A program made the position numbers and the translations under genes. 46,018 bases of DNA. Source: Thraustochytrium aureum. Its lineage: Eukaryota. Position 1 is the stretch's first letter. The number at the start of each line of letters is the position of its first letter. Shown here piece after piece: positions 1-11,121 of the stretch. The stretch spans positions 7,327 to 53,344 of the forward strand of contig BLSG01000247.1 of the NCBI GenBank assembly GCA_012862495.1, given 5' to 3'. The notes below the pieces were generated by a model. That model was not told the DNA's origin. It did not search any database and was given only the letters and a program-made list of their open reading frames with translations.

Positions 1-1355
1 GACGACGTCAACACTCTGGAGACCAACACGGACGAATCCGTCGGGCGGGCCATCGAAGGCGTTCACGAGCTGAGCCAGTACCGCAAGCGCCAAGCCGGCT
101 CGGGTGCCACAAAAGCGGCGTTTGGGACCGCTACTGTTGGGGGCCTAATCGGCATTTTCGGCGGTCCCGTCGGCGTGGCCATAGGCGCCGCTGCTGGCGG
201 GCTCGTCGGCATGGCCGCTGGAAACGGTGTCGCCGCGGTCAAGCGCCACTCAATAAACGCAGAGACGCGCCGCGTCAAGGCCCTCCTCGCCCTGCGCGAG
301 CGCAAGGGAGGGGACTTTACGCACACTGTGAGCGTGTACGAGACGCAAGCATGGTCGTACATGCAGCGGCGCTGGCTCGACCAGGAGCCCTCGTGGCGCG
401 ACGAGTTCGGCGAGCTTTGCACTGGCCCGCATCCCGAGCGCAATGTGAGCGCGCCAGAGGCGCGCCTCGAGCTCCTCGCGCTCGCCAGGTCGCTCTCGGC
501 AGACGAGGACGACGAAGTGTCTCGCGCGCACCAGAAGGAGCTCGAGCTCGGCTTGGTCTGGACATGGGCCTCGCCCAAGTGGGCCATCGTGATGGAGCGC
601 GCTGGGACGGACCTCGCCGGCTGGGATTACGGACCGTCCGCAACGACGGACAAATGGGTTCTGAGGCGGGCAGGGGCTGCATTGTGCGGCGGCGCCTCTG
701 GGTGCGCTCCCTGGTCGGCACGCCTCGCTCCAGTCTTCTCGCGCCCGGGGGCGGGGCCGACGCGTTGGGGGCGCGCGAGGAGCTGCTTCGGGGCGCGCCA
801 GCCCCTGGCGCGCCGCGCGACGAGACGGGCGAGCTCTGGACTGGCATCTACCAGAGCACGGTTACCACGAACGAGATTATGCGCAACTCGTTGGGAAGGG
901 TCACCGAGCAGGGCGAGCAGGTCTTGCGGTCGGGGCGGAACGCGGTCGTCGTCGGCGACATTGCGCAGCTCTCGGAGCGCATCGACCGAGCTTCGCGCTT
1001 CTCTGGAGCAGTGCGGAATGTGTTTTCGTCCTCCAAGGGCAAGCTTGCCGAGACGGAACGGTTTCAGCTTCAAGTCGAGCGCCGGCAGCGCGCAGCGAAA
1101 GAAGCAGAGGAAGAGCTTGCGCGTCGGCAGGCGCTCGAGGCGGAGGAGGCTTGGCGGCTCGGCGCGTCCCGCAGCGCTGCCTCTGCGTACGACCGGTTCG
1201 CTGACGAAACCTCTCGGACGCTGGGGGACAACTTGCGCATTGCGACCCGAATGGCCAGCGAGCTCGACTTGCAGAACGAGCAGCTGGACCGCACCTCGGC
1301 CGCGATCGAGCGGGGGAACGCGGGCATGCTCAAAATCACAAAGCGGATCAAGTAG
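1..1355 (+). CDS. Multi-domain SNARE protein (5'-truncated): syntaxin-17-like Qa motif + Gly-zipper hairpin TM, DysF-like domain, SNAP-25/29-like Qb and Qc motifs; one frameshift at ~655
   Basis: Frame 1 from base 1 reads DDVNTLETNTDESVGRAIEGVHELSQYRKRQ (C-half of a syntaxin SNARE), then GGLIGIFGGPVGVAIGAAAGGLVGMAAG (STX17-type Gly zipper), then a Trp-rich VYETQAW...WTW...W...D.AGWDY segment. Adding one G at 'aaatgggtt' (~655) continues into IVRRRLWVR (DysF signature end), then ...RVTEQGEQVLR... and ...ELDLQNEQLDR...KRIK* (stop 1353-1355). Confidence 0.75.
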   Translation, partial: RRQHSGDQHGRIRRAGHRRRSRAEPVPQAPSRLGCHKSGVWDRYCWGPNRHFRRSRRRGHRRRCWRARRHGRWKRCRRGQAPLNKRRDAPRQGPPRPARAQGRGLYAHCERVRDASMVVHAAALARPGALVARRVRRALHWPASRAQCERARGAPRAPRARQVALGRRGRRSVSRAPEGARARLGLDMGLAQVGHRDGARWDGPRRLGLRTVRNDGQMGSEAGRGCIVRRRLWVRSLVGTPRSSLLAPGGGADALGAREELLRGAPAPGAPRDETGELWTGIYQSTVTTNEIMRNSLGRVTEQGEQVLRSGRNAVVVGDIAQLSERIDRASRFSGAVRNVFSSSKGKLAETERFQLQVERRQRAAKEAEEELARRQALEAEEAWRLGASRSAASAYDRFADETSRTLGDNLRIATRMASELDLQNEQLDRTSAAIERGNAGMLKITKRIK

Positions 1356-1534
1356 CACTCTGTAGAGAGGAGCTCGGCCGCGGCCAGGCAAGATGAAACC
1401 ATTGTTGTAAGTACAATCAGTCGAGCGTTCTGGAGCCTGGGCAAAGCAGGACTCTACCTAGCTAGAGAGCTAGAGCTAGCTCGAGAGAGATGGGCCCTGT
1501 GGCCAGCTACTCGAACTCTCCACGCGCCGTCACC

Positions 1535-2706
1535 TCACCCTCCAATCAGAATCATGGGCCTGTTCTCGCCCAATGCTATGCTTTCCGGGAGTCGTGGCCG
1601 CCGAGCTTGGCGTGCTTGCGCCGCACCGTCCCGCGCACGGCGCTGCAAGCCGTCGTCCGTTGCGCCGGCGCGCAGGGCGTCGCGCAGCGAAACCTCTTCG
1701 TTGCCAAAGAGGCATGCCTTGATGTTGCCGTCCGCGGTGAGCCGCATGCGGTTGCAGCTCCCACAAAAGTGGTCGCTCATGGACGAGATGAAGCCCACGG
1801 TGCCCTAAACCCGGGGACCTGCCAGGTCTTGCTGACCGTGTTGGCTCCGTCGAGCGCCTTGCGGCGGCCAAACTCGGGCCAGGTCTTGCGGATCATGTCC
1901 ACCATTTCGTAGTACGGAAGGAGCGACTTGGCCTTCCATTGGTTGCCCTCAAAGGGCATGTACTCGATGAAGCGCATCTCGATGTTCATCTCGCGTGTCA
2001 GCGCCACAAAGTCGGCCAGCTCGTCCTCGTTTACCCCGCGCTTGACGACGCAGTTCACCTTGACCCGGTCGAGGCCTGGCAGCTCGGTGGCGCGCTGGAT
2101 CGACTCGAAAACGGTGTGGAAGCCACGCCGCCGGGTTATGAGCTCAAACTTGCTCGGCACGAGCGTGTCCAGGCTCACGTTCAACAGGTTGACGCCGTTC
2201 GCCACCAGCGGCTCGAGCTTGCGCTTCAGCAGGACGCCGTTCGTGGTGATTGCGAGGTCGCGCAGCCCGAGCGCCTTGAGCTCGCCGCACAGTTCGACGA
2301 TGCTGCGCCGGACGAGCGGCTCACCGCCGGTCAGCCGCACTTTGCGAACGCCTTGTCGTACGAAAGCGCCAGCAAGCCGCACGATCTCCGCGTCGCTAAG
2401 GACCTTGTCCTGCGGCTGCAGCGCGACGCCCTCCTCGGGCATGCAATACGTGCACCGCAGGTTGCATCGTTCTGTCACAGATATGCGCAGGTAGTCGTGT
2501 ACGCGGCCAAACGTGTCTACAAACCCTTGTTCCGCCACCGCGTCAGGGGCGGCGCCAGAGCTGGGCGTTGCGACGGTCCGTTCAAACTCTACCGCGCGCT
2601 CTGGCACCGTCGTCAGCCTGCGTCTCCCCGCGCCTGCCCGCCGTGCGGCGGCCAGCTTGCGCCCCCTCGCCGGCCTGCACCACGCGACCCACGCCCGCGG
2701 CACCAT
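1535..2706 (-). CDS. MOCS1: GTP 3',8-cyclase (MoaA/Cnx2/MOCS1A, radical SAM, molybdenum cofactor biosynthesis); frameshifts at ~1805, ~1645 and ~1585
   Basis: [19 protein letters not shown] (CxxxCxxC), [28 protein letters not shown]...CL and a C-terminal PMILIGG*. The Arg/Ala-rich N-terminus resembles a mitochondrial presequence. Confidence 0.95.
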
Positions 2707-3171
2707 TCGCGCCCGTCAGCCGCACCAAGNNNNNNNNNNNNNNNNNNNNNNNNNNNNNNNNNNNNNNNNNNNNNNNNNNNNNNNNNNNNNNNNNNNNNNN
2801 NNNNNNNNNNNNNNNNNNNNNNNNNNNNNNNNNNNNNNNNNNNNNNNNNNNNNNNNNNNNNNNNNNNNNNNNNNNNNNNNNNNNNNNNNNNNNNNNNNNN
2901 NNNNNNNNNNNNNNNNNNNNNNNNNNNNNNNNNNNNNNNNNNNNNNNNNNNNNNNNNNNNNNNNNNNNNNNNNNNNNNNNNNNNNNNNNNNNNNNNNNNN
3001 NNNNNNNNNNNNNNNNNNNNNNNNNNNNNNNNNNNNNNNNNNNNNNNNNNNNNNNNNNNNNNNNNNNNNNNNNNNNNNNNNNNNNNNNNNNNNNNNNNNN
3101 NNNNNNNNNNNNNNNNNNNNNNNNNNNNNNNNNNNNNNNNNNNNNNNNNNNNNNNNNNNNNNNNNNNNNNN

Positions 3172-3984
3172 AATGGGTCGAGCACTCGCACGGGCTCCTG
3201 GTGTTGTTGCGGCACGGACAGTCGATGTGGAACAGGTGCCCAGAAAAACCCGACGGGCTCTGGCGGTACGCCGGGTCGACGGACGTGGCGCTCTCGGAAA
3301 CCGGGTTCGCGAGGCGCTCGACGCGGGCGACCGCCTGGCCAAGTCCCGCTCGACGTCGTGTTCTCTAGCAACCTCTCCCGCGCCACCAACACGGCGATGA
3401 TCGCGCTCAGCAAGCACACTGGCCAACTTACGCCCATGGTCGCAGACCGCAACGGCGACTACGGCGCCGGGCTCAAGGCCGTCGCCAAGCTGCCGCCCAA
3501 CACCGTCCTGCCCATCATCTGCGCAGACGAGCTCAACGAGCGCCACTTTGGCGAGCTGCAAGGCATGCCCTCCACAGAGCACATGGTCAACTACACGAAA
3601 GAGTTCCTCAAGAAGGTGCGCAACGACTTCTCCACGCGCTTTCCCGGGGAAGGCGGCGAGTCAACCGAGGATGTGTACAACCGCATCGTGCCGTACTTTG
3701 ACGCCAACATCATGCCTCTGCTCCGCAAGGGCCAAAACGTGCTGCTGTGCAGCCACGGCTTTGCCATCCGCGCGCTTATCAAGCACCTCGACGGCCTCTC
3801 GCTTGAAGAGTTTAACGCGGAGATGAAGAAGGAGAAATCCGACCCCGCCAACTGCGAGCTGCTCGCCGCCACTGGCGTCCCGCTGCTGTACCGCTACGAC
3901 CACTGCAGCGAGTCGGGCTTGCCGGAGAAGATCGGCGCCATCGACCGCGACTACGAGCTGCACCAGACCTGTGCACCTTACTAG
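3172..3984 (+). CDS. Histidine phosphatase superfamily, cofactor-dependent phosphoglycerate mutase-like (5' end in gap; frameshift at ~3310-3345)
   Basis: LLVLLRHGQSMWN (RHG motif) and GSTDVALS in one frame. FSSNLSRA, LNERHFGELQG and SHGFAIRALIKHL follow in the next frame, with stop at 3982-3984. Confidence 0.85.
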   Translation, partial: NGSSTRTGSWCCCGTDSRCGTGAQKNPTGSGGTPGRRTWRSRKPGSRGARRGRPPGQVPLDVVFSSNLSRATNTAMIALSKHTGQLTPMVADRNGDYGAGLKAVAKLPPNTVLPIICADELNERHFGELQGMPSTEHMVNYTKEFLKKVRNDFSTRFPGEGGESTEDVYNRIVPYFDANIMPLLRKGQNVLLCSHGFAIRALIKHLDGLSLEEFNAEMKKEKSDPANCELLAATGVPLLYRYDHCSESGLPEKIGAIDRDYELHQTCAPY

Positions 3985-4704
3985 ACCTCGGCCAGGCCGA
4001 GCCAAGCCGCGCGGCGCCGCTCTAGCCCGCTGCTGTCGGCAGCCGCACTCGCTCTCAACAACAACAACAACCCCCTAGTGTACAAGACGAAATACAACCG
4101 AAACGCTGTCGAGTCGCCTTCGGTTCCCCGCTTCTGCGNNNNNNNNNNNNNNNNNNNNNNNNNNNNNNNNNNNNNNNNNNNNNNNNNNNNNNNNNNNNNN
4201 NNNNNNNNNNNNNNNNNNNNNNNNNNNNNNNNNNNNNNNNNNNNNNNNNNNNNNNNNNNNNNNNNNNNNNNNNNNNNNNNNNNNNNNNNNNNNNNNNNNN
4301 NNNNNNNNNNNNNNNNNNNNNNNNNNNNNNNNNNNNNNNNNNNNNNNNNNNNNNNNNNNNNNNNNNNNNNNNNNNNNNNNNNNNNNNNNNNNNNNNNNNN
4401 NNNNNNNNNNNNNNNNNNNNNNNNNNNNNNNNNNNNNNNNNNNNNNNNNNNNNNNNNNNNNNNNNNNNNNNNNNNNNNNNNNNNNNNNNNNNNNNNNNNN
4501 NNNNNNNNNNNNNNNNNNNNNNNNNNNNNNNNNNNNNNNNNNNNNNNNNNNNNNNNNNNNNNNNNNNNNNNNNNNNNNNNNNNNNNNNNNNNNNNNNNNN
4601 NNNNNNNNNNNNNNNNNNNNNNNNNNNNNNNNNNNNNNNNNNNNNNNNNNNNNNNNNNNNNNNNNNNNNNNNNNNNNNNNNNNNNNNNNNNNNNNNNNNN
4701 NNNN

Positions 4705-6931
4705 NTACCCCATCATCTCCCAAATCCCGTCGTGGAAAATGCGCCGCGTCACGATGTCGCAGTCCCCGAGAAGGTCCAGAATCTCGTGCAAGTTGTCCAT
4801 GGACCCCCGGGCCAGTCGAACGGACAGCATGTTCTCGTGGACGCCTTCCAAGAAGCGTGCAAACTCGCCGCTGTGGCGACTCACCGCCTGCAAGAGCTGC
4901 GCGTTCTCCTCCTGGAGCCCGCTGCTGGCCTTGTCATCGCGCCCCGGCCGGGCGCCAGCGCCTTGGCGCGCTTGCTTGTGGAATGAGCCGTCATTCTGAA
5001 AGAGCTTGCGCCAGGTCCCAAACAGGTCAGCAGACTTGTCCTTCTGAGCCGAGCAGAGCTTGCGCACCATTTCCAGCGTGAGGCGCTTTGGTTCGCGGAC
5101 CGAGGCCCCGCTCGGTCGCAGTTCGTTCGTATCGTTCAGGGCAAACTGCAGCGCGTGCAGGCAGCTGCGAATGTCGCCGTCCATCCGCTCGCACAAGAGC
5201 TCGAGCGAGCCGAAGACGGGGCTGACGCCCTCCGCCGCGGCGACCTCGCGCAGCCGTTGCACAACGCGGTTCTTGTTGGCGCCGCGAAACCAAAGCGTCA
5301 TGGCGAGCCGGCGCAGGGGGCGCAGCGCTTTGACGTACGGGTCGTTGCAGATCAGAATGATTGGGCGCGTTACTGGCAGCACGGCGCGAGAGCCGCGCGC
5401 CGCTTTGCCTTTGCCTTTTGACTTGCTGCTCGCCCCATCTGCTGGAGCCGCCCCTGCAGAGCATGGCACAAGCGGGGCCTCGAGCATCTGAATCAGCGCT
5501 TCCACCGCTCCGCGGCCGTCGCCCTGGTTGGCCACTCCTTCAAACTCGTCCAGGATGATGCAGTTCGGCCTGCGCGTCCTAAACATCGACTGCATCTCCA
5601 TCGCATTGCGGACGCGGCTCATGAGCACCGGTCCGGTGCGCTCGTCGCTCGCATTGATTTCAACCGGGTTGAAGCCGGCGTGGCGCGCCGCCACATGGGC
5701 GAGCGTGGTCTTTCCTGCGCCGGGAGGCCCGGCCAGGAGAATGATTAGGTTTTCCGGCCGCTCTGCGTTGCGCCGGTTCTGAACAAACTTTCTCCACGAT
5801 GTGAGCCAGTGCAAGACGTCGCGGTTGTTTCGTTCGTTGCTGACGAGGTCCACGAACTTTCTTGGCGCGTACTTGTCGACCAGAAGTGCGGCGGGCTCGC
5901 TAGCGCCAGTCAACCGCGTGCGGCCATGGGGCTCAGGGCCCTCCTCGGCATCCTCGAGCGCTCGCCGGCTCTCCTCGACCATCAGCGCGTGTTCGCGCTC
6001 CTCCACTTCACGCCGAACTTCGAGGAACGATCGCCCAAGCAGCGCGCCGGCCTCTGGCATTGCAGAGCTGGTTCGGTCTACGCAGCCCACTGCGGCCGAA
6101 ACGAGGTCGCGCCCGAGGCTGTTCGGGTGGTAAGGGTCTCTGTAGGTGTCGACGACCATGTAGCGCCGGTCCCCGTTCGGCAGCGTGACGTTGATGTCGC
6201 CGCCCAGCGTGACGCCTGGCCGGGAGTACACAAACGAGCGCCAGTCCCTCCGCGCCGCCGCCCGCCTGCCGCCGCGCTCTCGCGAGCTCTAGTTTCAGGC
6301 GCCGTCGCTCTAGGTATGTAAGTGCAGCCACTTCGTCGNNNNNNNNNNNNNNNNNNNNNNNNNNNNNNNNNNNNNNNNNNNNNNNNNNNNNNNNNNNNNN
6401 NNNNNNNNNNNNNNNNNNNNNNNNNNNNNNNNNNNNNNNNNNNNNNNNNNNNNNNNNNNNNNNNNNNNNNNNNNNNNNNNNNNNNNNNNNNNNNNNNNNN
6501 NNNNNNNNNNNNNNNNNNNNNNNNNNNNNNNNNNNNNNNNNNNNNNNNNNNNNAGGCGCCGTCGCTCTAGGTATGTAAGTGCAGCCACTTCGTCGTCAGA
6601 GTCCGAGTCAGAGTCCGAGCCGACCATCGCATCCAGCTCGCTCCGTTGCACTCGAAGCTGCCGTGAGCCCCCCTCGAGGTCGCCCCTGCTCCAGGCGTGC
6701 AGCTTGCACCGCGTTCTCCGTGGCCACGGCCATGGAGCCTGCCGCGACCGGCCCAGTCTGGCCGTCCTGCGCCTCGTCATCCTCGTCTTCGTCCGGCGGC
6801 GGCGGCGGCCCGTCATAAACCCTGTCATTCAGGCCTTCCTCCTCGTCATCAAACTGCTCCTCCTCGGCCTCAGCTTCCGCAATCGCCGACTCAAACCAGG
6901 CCTCCTGGTCTTCGAGCTCGCCCTGGTCCAT
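4705..6931 (-). CDS. CTF18: Chromosome transmission fidelity protein 18 (RFC-like clamp-loader subunit); 3' end lost in gap 4139-4704; frameshifts near 6650 and 6240
   Basis: LLVDKYAPRKFVDLVSNERNNRDVLHWL, Walker A GPPGAGKTTLAHVAARHAGF, EINASDER, CIILDEFEG, RPIILICNDPYVKALRPLR and GDIRSCLHALQF. The acidic N-terminus starts at ATG 6931. Confidence 0.9.
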
Positions 6932-7298
6932 CGCCGCGGGCGCGTTCACCTCGATTCCCCTCGCCTAGGCAGAAGAAAACGAACGCAAAAAACAAGCGCC
7001 GCCGCCAGCGGCTGCCACAGCAAGCTTCCGTTCGCCAGGACGCCGACAGCGATGCCGCTCGCCCGCGCTTCGATCGAGCGATCGAGTTCTGTCGTGCGTC
7101 CGCCAGGCGCCTCCCCGCGCGCAAAGCCGTCACGCGTCTGCTCGTCCAAAAACAACCCAAAAACAACCCCAAAAAACAAAACAAAAATTCAAATTCCAAA
7201 CCCTACCCTAACCTAGCCAACCGCAACGCCCTAACCCAAGCGGACTGTAACGGATCGTTTTGCTTGAGCACATCGTGCAATGCAGGGGTGTGCGTGGG

Positions 7299-7510
7299 CG
7301 GGCAGGCAGGCAGGCTTGACGGCAGGCAGGCTTGACGGTAGGGCTGGCTGGCTGGCTGGCTGGCTGCCTGGTAGACCTGGAATCGTGACGTATTGCCACG
7401 CGACGCATTGCCACGCGACGCATTGCCACGCGACGCTGTGCAGCGTGACGTTGTGCAGCGTGACGCTGTGCAACGCGACGTTGCGCGACGCACTGACGCG
7501 AAGCCTGACG
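7299..7510. repeat. (GGCA)n/(GGCT)n microsatellites followed by degenerate 15-bp tandem repeats
   Basis: GGCAGGCAGGCA and GGCTGGCTGGCT... at ~7300-7366. TTGCCACGCGACGC x3 and TGTGCAGCGTGACG-like x3 at ~7390-7490. Confidence 0.85.
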
Positions 7511-7772
7511 TGAACGGCTGGACGCGCAACTTGGCGTGAAAGGTTGGCGCGCCCTGGCGCGAAAACGTGACGCATCGTGAAACGGAGCACGGAGAACAGC
7601 GAGATCGCGGCCTTGGAACACGCCAGCAGCGCTTGCTGGTGCACCAGTCCTCGGTCGTGGATGCTTTTTTGCGCGGCTGTGGCAAAGAAACCCCGTGGGA
7701 ATGCGAGATGGGGCGGGCGAGGGCGCTCGGCTTGCTGAAGCCCTCGCGGCTGCCACCTCGAGGCGAATGAGG

Positions 7773-10700
7773 ATGGCGGACGAATGGGCTGAGCGTCGCA
7801 AGCGGCTCGGGCTTGAGGGGCACGACGGGGACGAAAGCGATAGCGAGCAGGCCGAAGCCGTCAAGTACCGCAGCACGGAATGCCCTCACCTCGCGTCCGC
7901 GAGCGAGGAGGCGTTGCCGAGCGTCGCACTGGACAGGTATGCGCTCGTGGCCTCAAACGTAGCCAACTTCAAGGTTCGTCGAAACGTGCTCATTTTCGAT
8001 GAGCAAGACCTGGACTCGGAGGCCACGCTCAAAGCCTTCCGCAAGCTTGGGTTCAGCATCGAGCAGGCTGGGGAGGTCCAGCAAGCCGTCAACGCTTACA
8101 ACGCGAAAAGACACTTATTCGACCTTGTGGTCATCGGGTTGCGTGGTCCCGCTTTTCAAACGCTGCAGTTTCTCGAAGCCGTGGGGCCGATCAAAGTCCC
8201 AGTATTGCTCGCCATCACTCGAGGAGCAACGCCGGCACTCGAGGCCAGCCGCGAGAGGGAGAACGCCGAGGCCCTGAGCGACGCAGAGCGGTTCAAGATC
8301 GCCCTCAAGGTCGCTTCCGAACTCGGCGTCACGTTCAGAATGAACAAACCGATTCAGTACAAAGCTCTAAAAGAGCGGCTCGACGGGGTAATGAAGCGCT
8401 TCGGCGTCGCCGCCAAAGAGTACAAGCGCATGCTGGACCTCGCCGACCCGGACTTTGCGATCAACCAGGCGAAAGACATGGTGCTCGAGGAGATCGCCTC
8501 GAGCGAAGCCCGGCGCAAGTCGATCATCCTGAGTTCGTCCTCGACCTACTTTGAGCGCGAGGTGAAGATCAAGCCCAAAGAGACGATCGACGTTTGCGGG
8601 GTCGCCGCTGGGCGCAAGAGCAAGTTTGCCATCGCTCTAAAGCGCTCCAAGGCCGCGCAGAACGCCAAACTTCGCGTCGAGCAAGCAAGCTTGAGGCGTG
8701 GCCTTGAGACGCGCTTCACGTCGAGGCACATCGATCCGCTGCAAAAAAGAAAGGGCACCACCACCTTGGCCAGGACAAGCACGGCTGGGAGCAAATCTTT
8801 TGCCGAGCATGGCGGCATAATTCGCAGCGCGTCGCGGCGTGCCATTATCTCAGTCAACGCGAAAGCAGGCGCTCTAGGCGCCGGTGAAGGGGAGCTCCGC
8901 GAAGAGTCTGAACCGAAGCGACAAGGCAGCGCTGCCTCGACCCGCCAGAGTAGCGCTGGCCGCGGCTCCACGAGCTCAAGCGCATGGAAAAGTTGGAAAT
9001 CTGGCGCTCCGCGCGGGTCGGCATTTCGACAAGGTTTTCAGCAGCAGCAAGGACGAGAGCACAATGAGCGGCAAGCTAGCGCTCTCGGTGATAACCGGCC
9101 TGGCGCAGAAGAAGAACGCGACGGAAGGCACCCTTCCGCTGCTAAAAGACTACCGCGGCAACTTGTCGTTTATCCAGCTACCGTGGGAAGCCGAGCGGCA
9201 AGAGCAAAAGGTCCGCGAATACGGCAAGGTCCCGCACGTCCAGGCGTGTGACATACTTCAAAGCGAGTTTCGCGAGGTGGTGCCTTCCGCAAAGTCGGCA
9301 ACTGCGAGCCAAAGGTTCCTTCAAAAGGGGTACGAGCTGCGCAAGAACGGCGACCTCATCGGTGCCGTACGGCTCTACACGCGCGCAATCGTTGCCGGTC
9401 AGAGGTACGCGGCAGCGTACTTGTCAAGGGGTGTCGCGCACCACCTGTTGGGCGACAACGAGGCCGCGCTGGAGGACTTTACTGAGGCGCTTCGCATCGA
9501 CCCGAAGAGCATCAGGGCTCGCTTCAACCGAGCGCTAATCTTTTCAAGCGATGGCCAGGACCAGGCCGCAATCGATGAGCTGAACGAGGCCGTCGCGCTG
9601 GACGGGCGCGACCCAGACCTGTATGCGTTTAGGGGATTTGTTCACCGGCGTCGAGGCGCCTTTGGGGAGGCCCAAACCGACTACCAAACGAGGCAGGACC
9701 TGCTTCGCGCACAACGTCGGCTGGACGCCCAAGCGGATGCGTCAAAGGTTGGGAAGAAGGGGCGCCGGGCGAAGGGCGAAGGGCAAAGGGCGTCTGAGCG
9801 CCCTGACTCTGGCAGCGAGGGCAGCGAATCGGAAGACGATTCGGACCCAGGGCAGGACAGCCCAACTCCAGCGGGCCCCGCGGGCTCTGGCGTGGTGTCG
9901 GCTTTGGACGCCGGCGCTATCAATGCGGTTCCGAGCAAAACGACGTGGGACACCAACTATGACGGTCGCGTTGACCTTGCGGAGTTCACGGCAGCAACGC
10001 AGCACTACGACAGCATCTACGCCACGCTGTTCCAGAAGAAAAGCGACCTGGAGGTCGCGTGCAGCAAGCCAGCCGCGCGACGGACGCGCAGCGACCTCGC
10101 CATGATCGAGCGCGCCTGCATGGAGATCAGCATGTTCCGCAAGCTGCCGGGCCGCAAAGTGCGCGAACTCAGCCGAGACATTCAGCTCGCAAATCTGCTT
10201 CCAGGCGAGTACGTGTTGCAGCAGGGCGCGACTTCACACAACTACTTTGCCGTTCTGGAGGGCACGCTCAACGTGACGGTGGCGTACTCTGAATACGAAA
10301 CGGAGGTCGTTGTCAACCACATGCACCAGGGGGATTGCTTTGGTGAGCTCGGGCTCATCACGGGCGCGCCACGCTCCGTCAACATCGTTGTGCCCAGCGA
10401 GGGCGAGAGCGTGCTAGTTTTTGTGATTTCCAAGGAGCTCTTCTTCGCGACTCAGCTTGACCAAGTAGTGATCTCCGAGAGGGCCAAGTGGGTCAACGTC
10501 CTGCGCGAGTCACTCATATTTGACGACATGGGCGAGGAGGCGTTCCAGGACTTTAGCAAGATTGTGCGCCCGGTCGAGTACCGCCACAACACTGTCATCC
10601 TCCGCCAAGGCGAGCGTGCCTCAAGGTTCTGCATCCTTGTCAAGGGCATTTGTAAGACGCTCCGGTATTCTGACCCTGGGGCAGAGCTCCTCCGGAGGAA

Positions 10701-11121
10701 AAAGCAACTCGAGTTTCAGCTCGAGCAGTTTGAGATGGCCTTTTCCGTCCACCACAGCAACGTTCGCGACGCCGACACTGTGCATCGCGGAGAGCTAGCC
10801 CAGGAGCGCAACGAGCAGCGTAAGAAGGAGTTGGAGCGGGTGTGCCAAAAGCTGGAGCAAATCCGCAATGACTCATCTTCAACGTACAAGGGCAAGCGGG
10901 GCAAGTTGTTGCAGACGAGCACGGTCTACCCGGGCAACATCGTCGGCGAGGAAGCGCTGCTTGACCCGTACTACGGCCACGAGCAGTACTCCGTGGTGGC
11001 GGACACCTTCGTAACCCTGCTTGTTGTGCACAAGGACCAGCTTCAGACGTACAAGCAGTCGGCGCAGCTGCTCGACAGGGTCCGGCGCAAGAAGCTGATG
11101 ATGGGCTCGGCCGCGCCTTGA
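7773..11121 (+). CDS. Signalling protein: pseudo-receiver (REC-like) domain + TPR repeats + EF-hand + two cNMP-binding domains; probable frameshift at ~8970-8990 joining two ORFs
   Basis: REC-like pattern NVLIFDEQD...FDLVVIGLRGP...MNKPI. TPRs: AVRLYTRAI, YLSRGVAHHLLGDNEAALEDFTEAL, FNRALIF. EF loop DTNYDGRVDLAE. cNMP motifs GDCFGELGLITGAPRSVNI and GNIVGEEALL. The two ORFs overlap in different frames. Confidence 0.7.

Noticed and set aside
1356..1535. Bicistronic MOCS1A-MOCS1B arrangement
   Set aside because: No MoaC-like sequence follows the GG stop; a convergent gene ends 180 bp away.
1939..3984. 681-aa ORF
   Set aside because: It is the antisense shadow of MOCS1A joined across a gap to the dPGM-like gene.
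7200..7240. Telomere (CCCTAA-like words)
   Set aside because: Only 2-3 degenerate internal copies are present, so at most a telo-box.
7380..7500. CRISPR-like array
   Set aside because: The units are contiguous 15-bp repeats with no unique spacers, there are no cas genes, and the context is eukaryotic.
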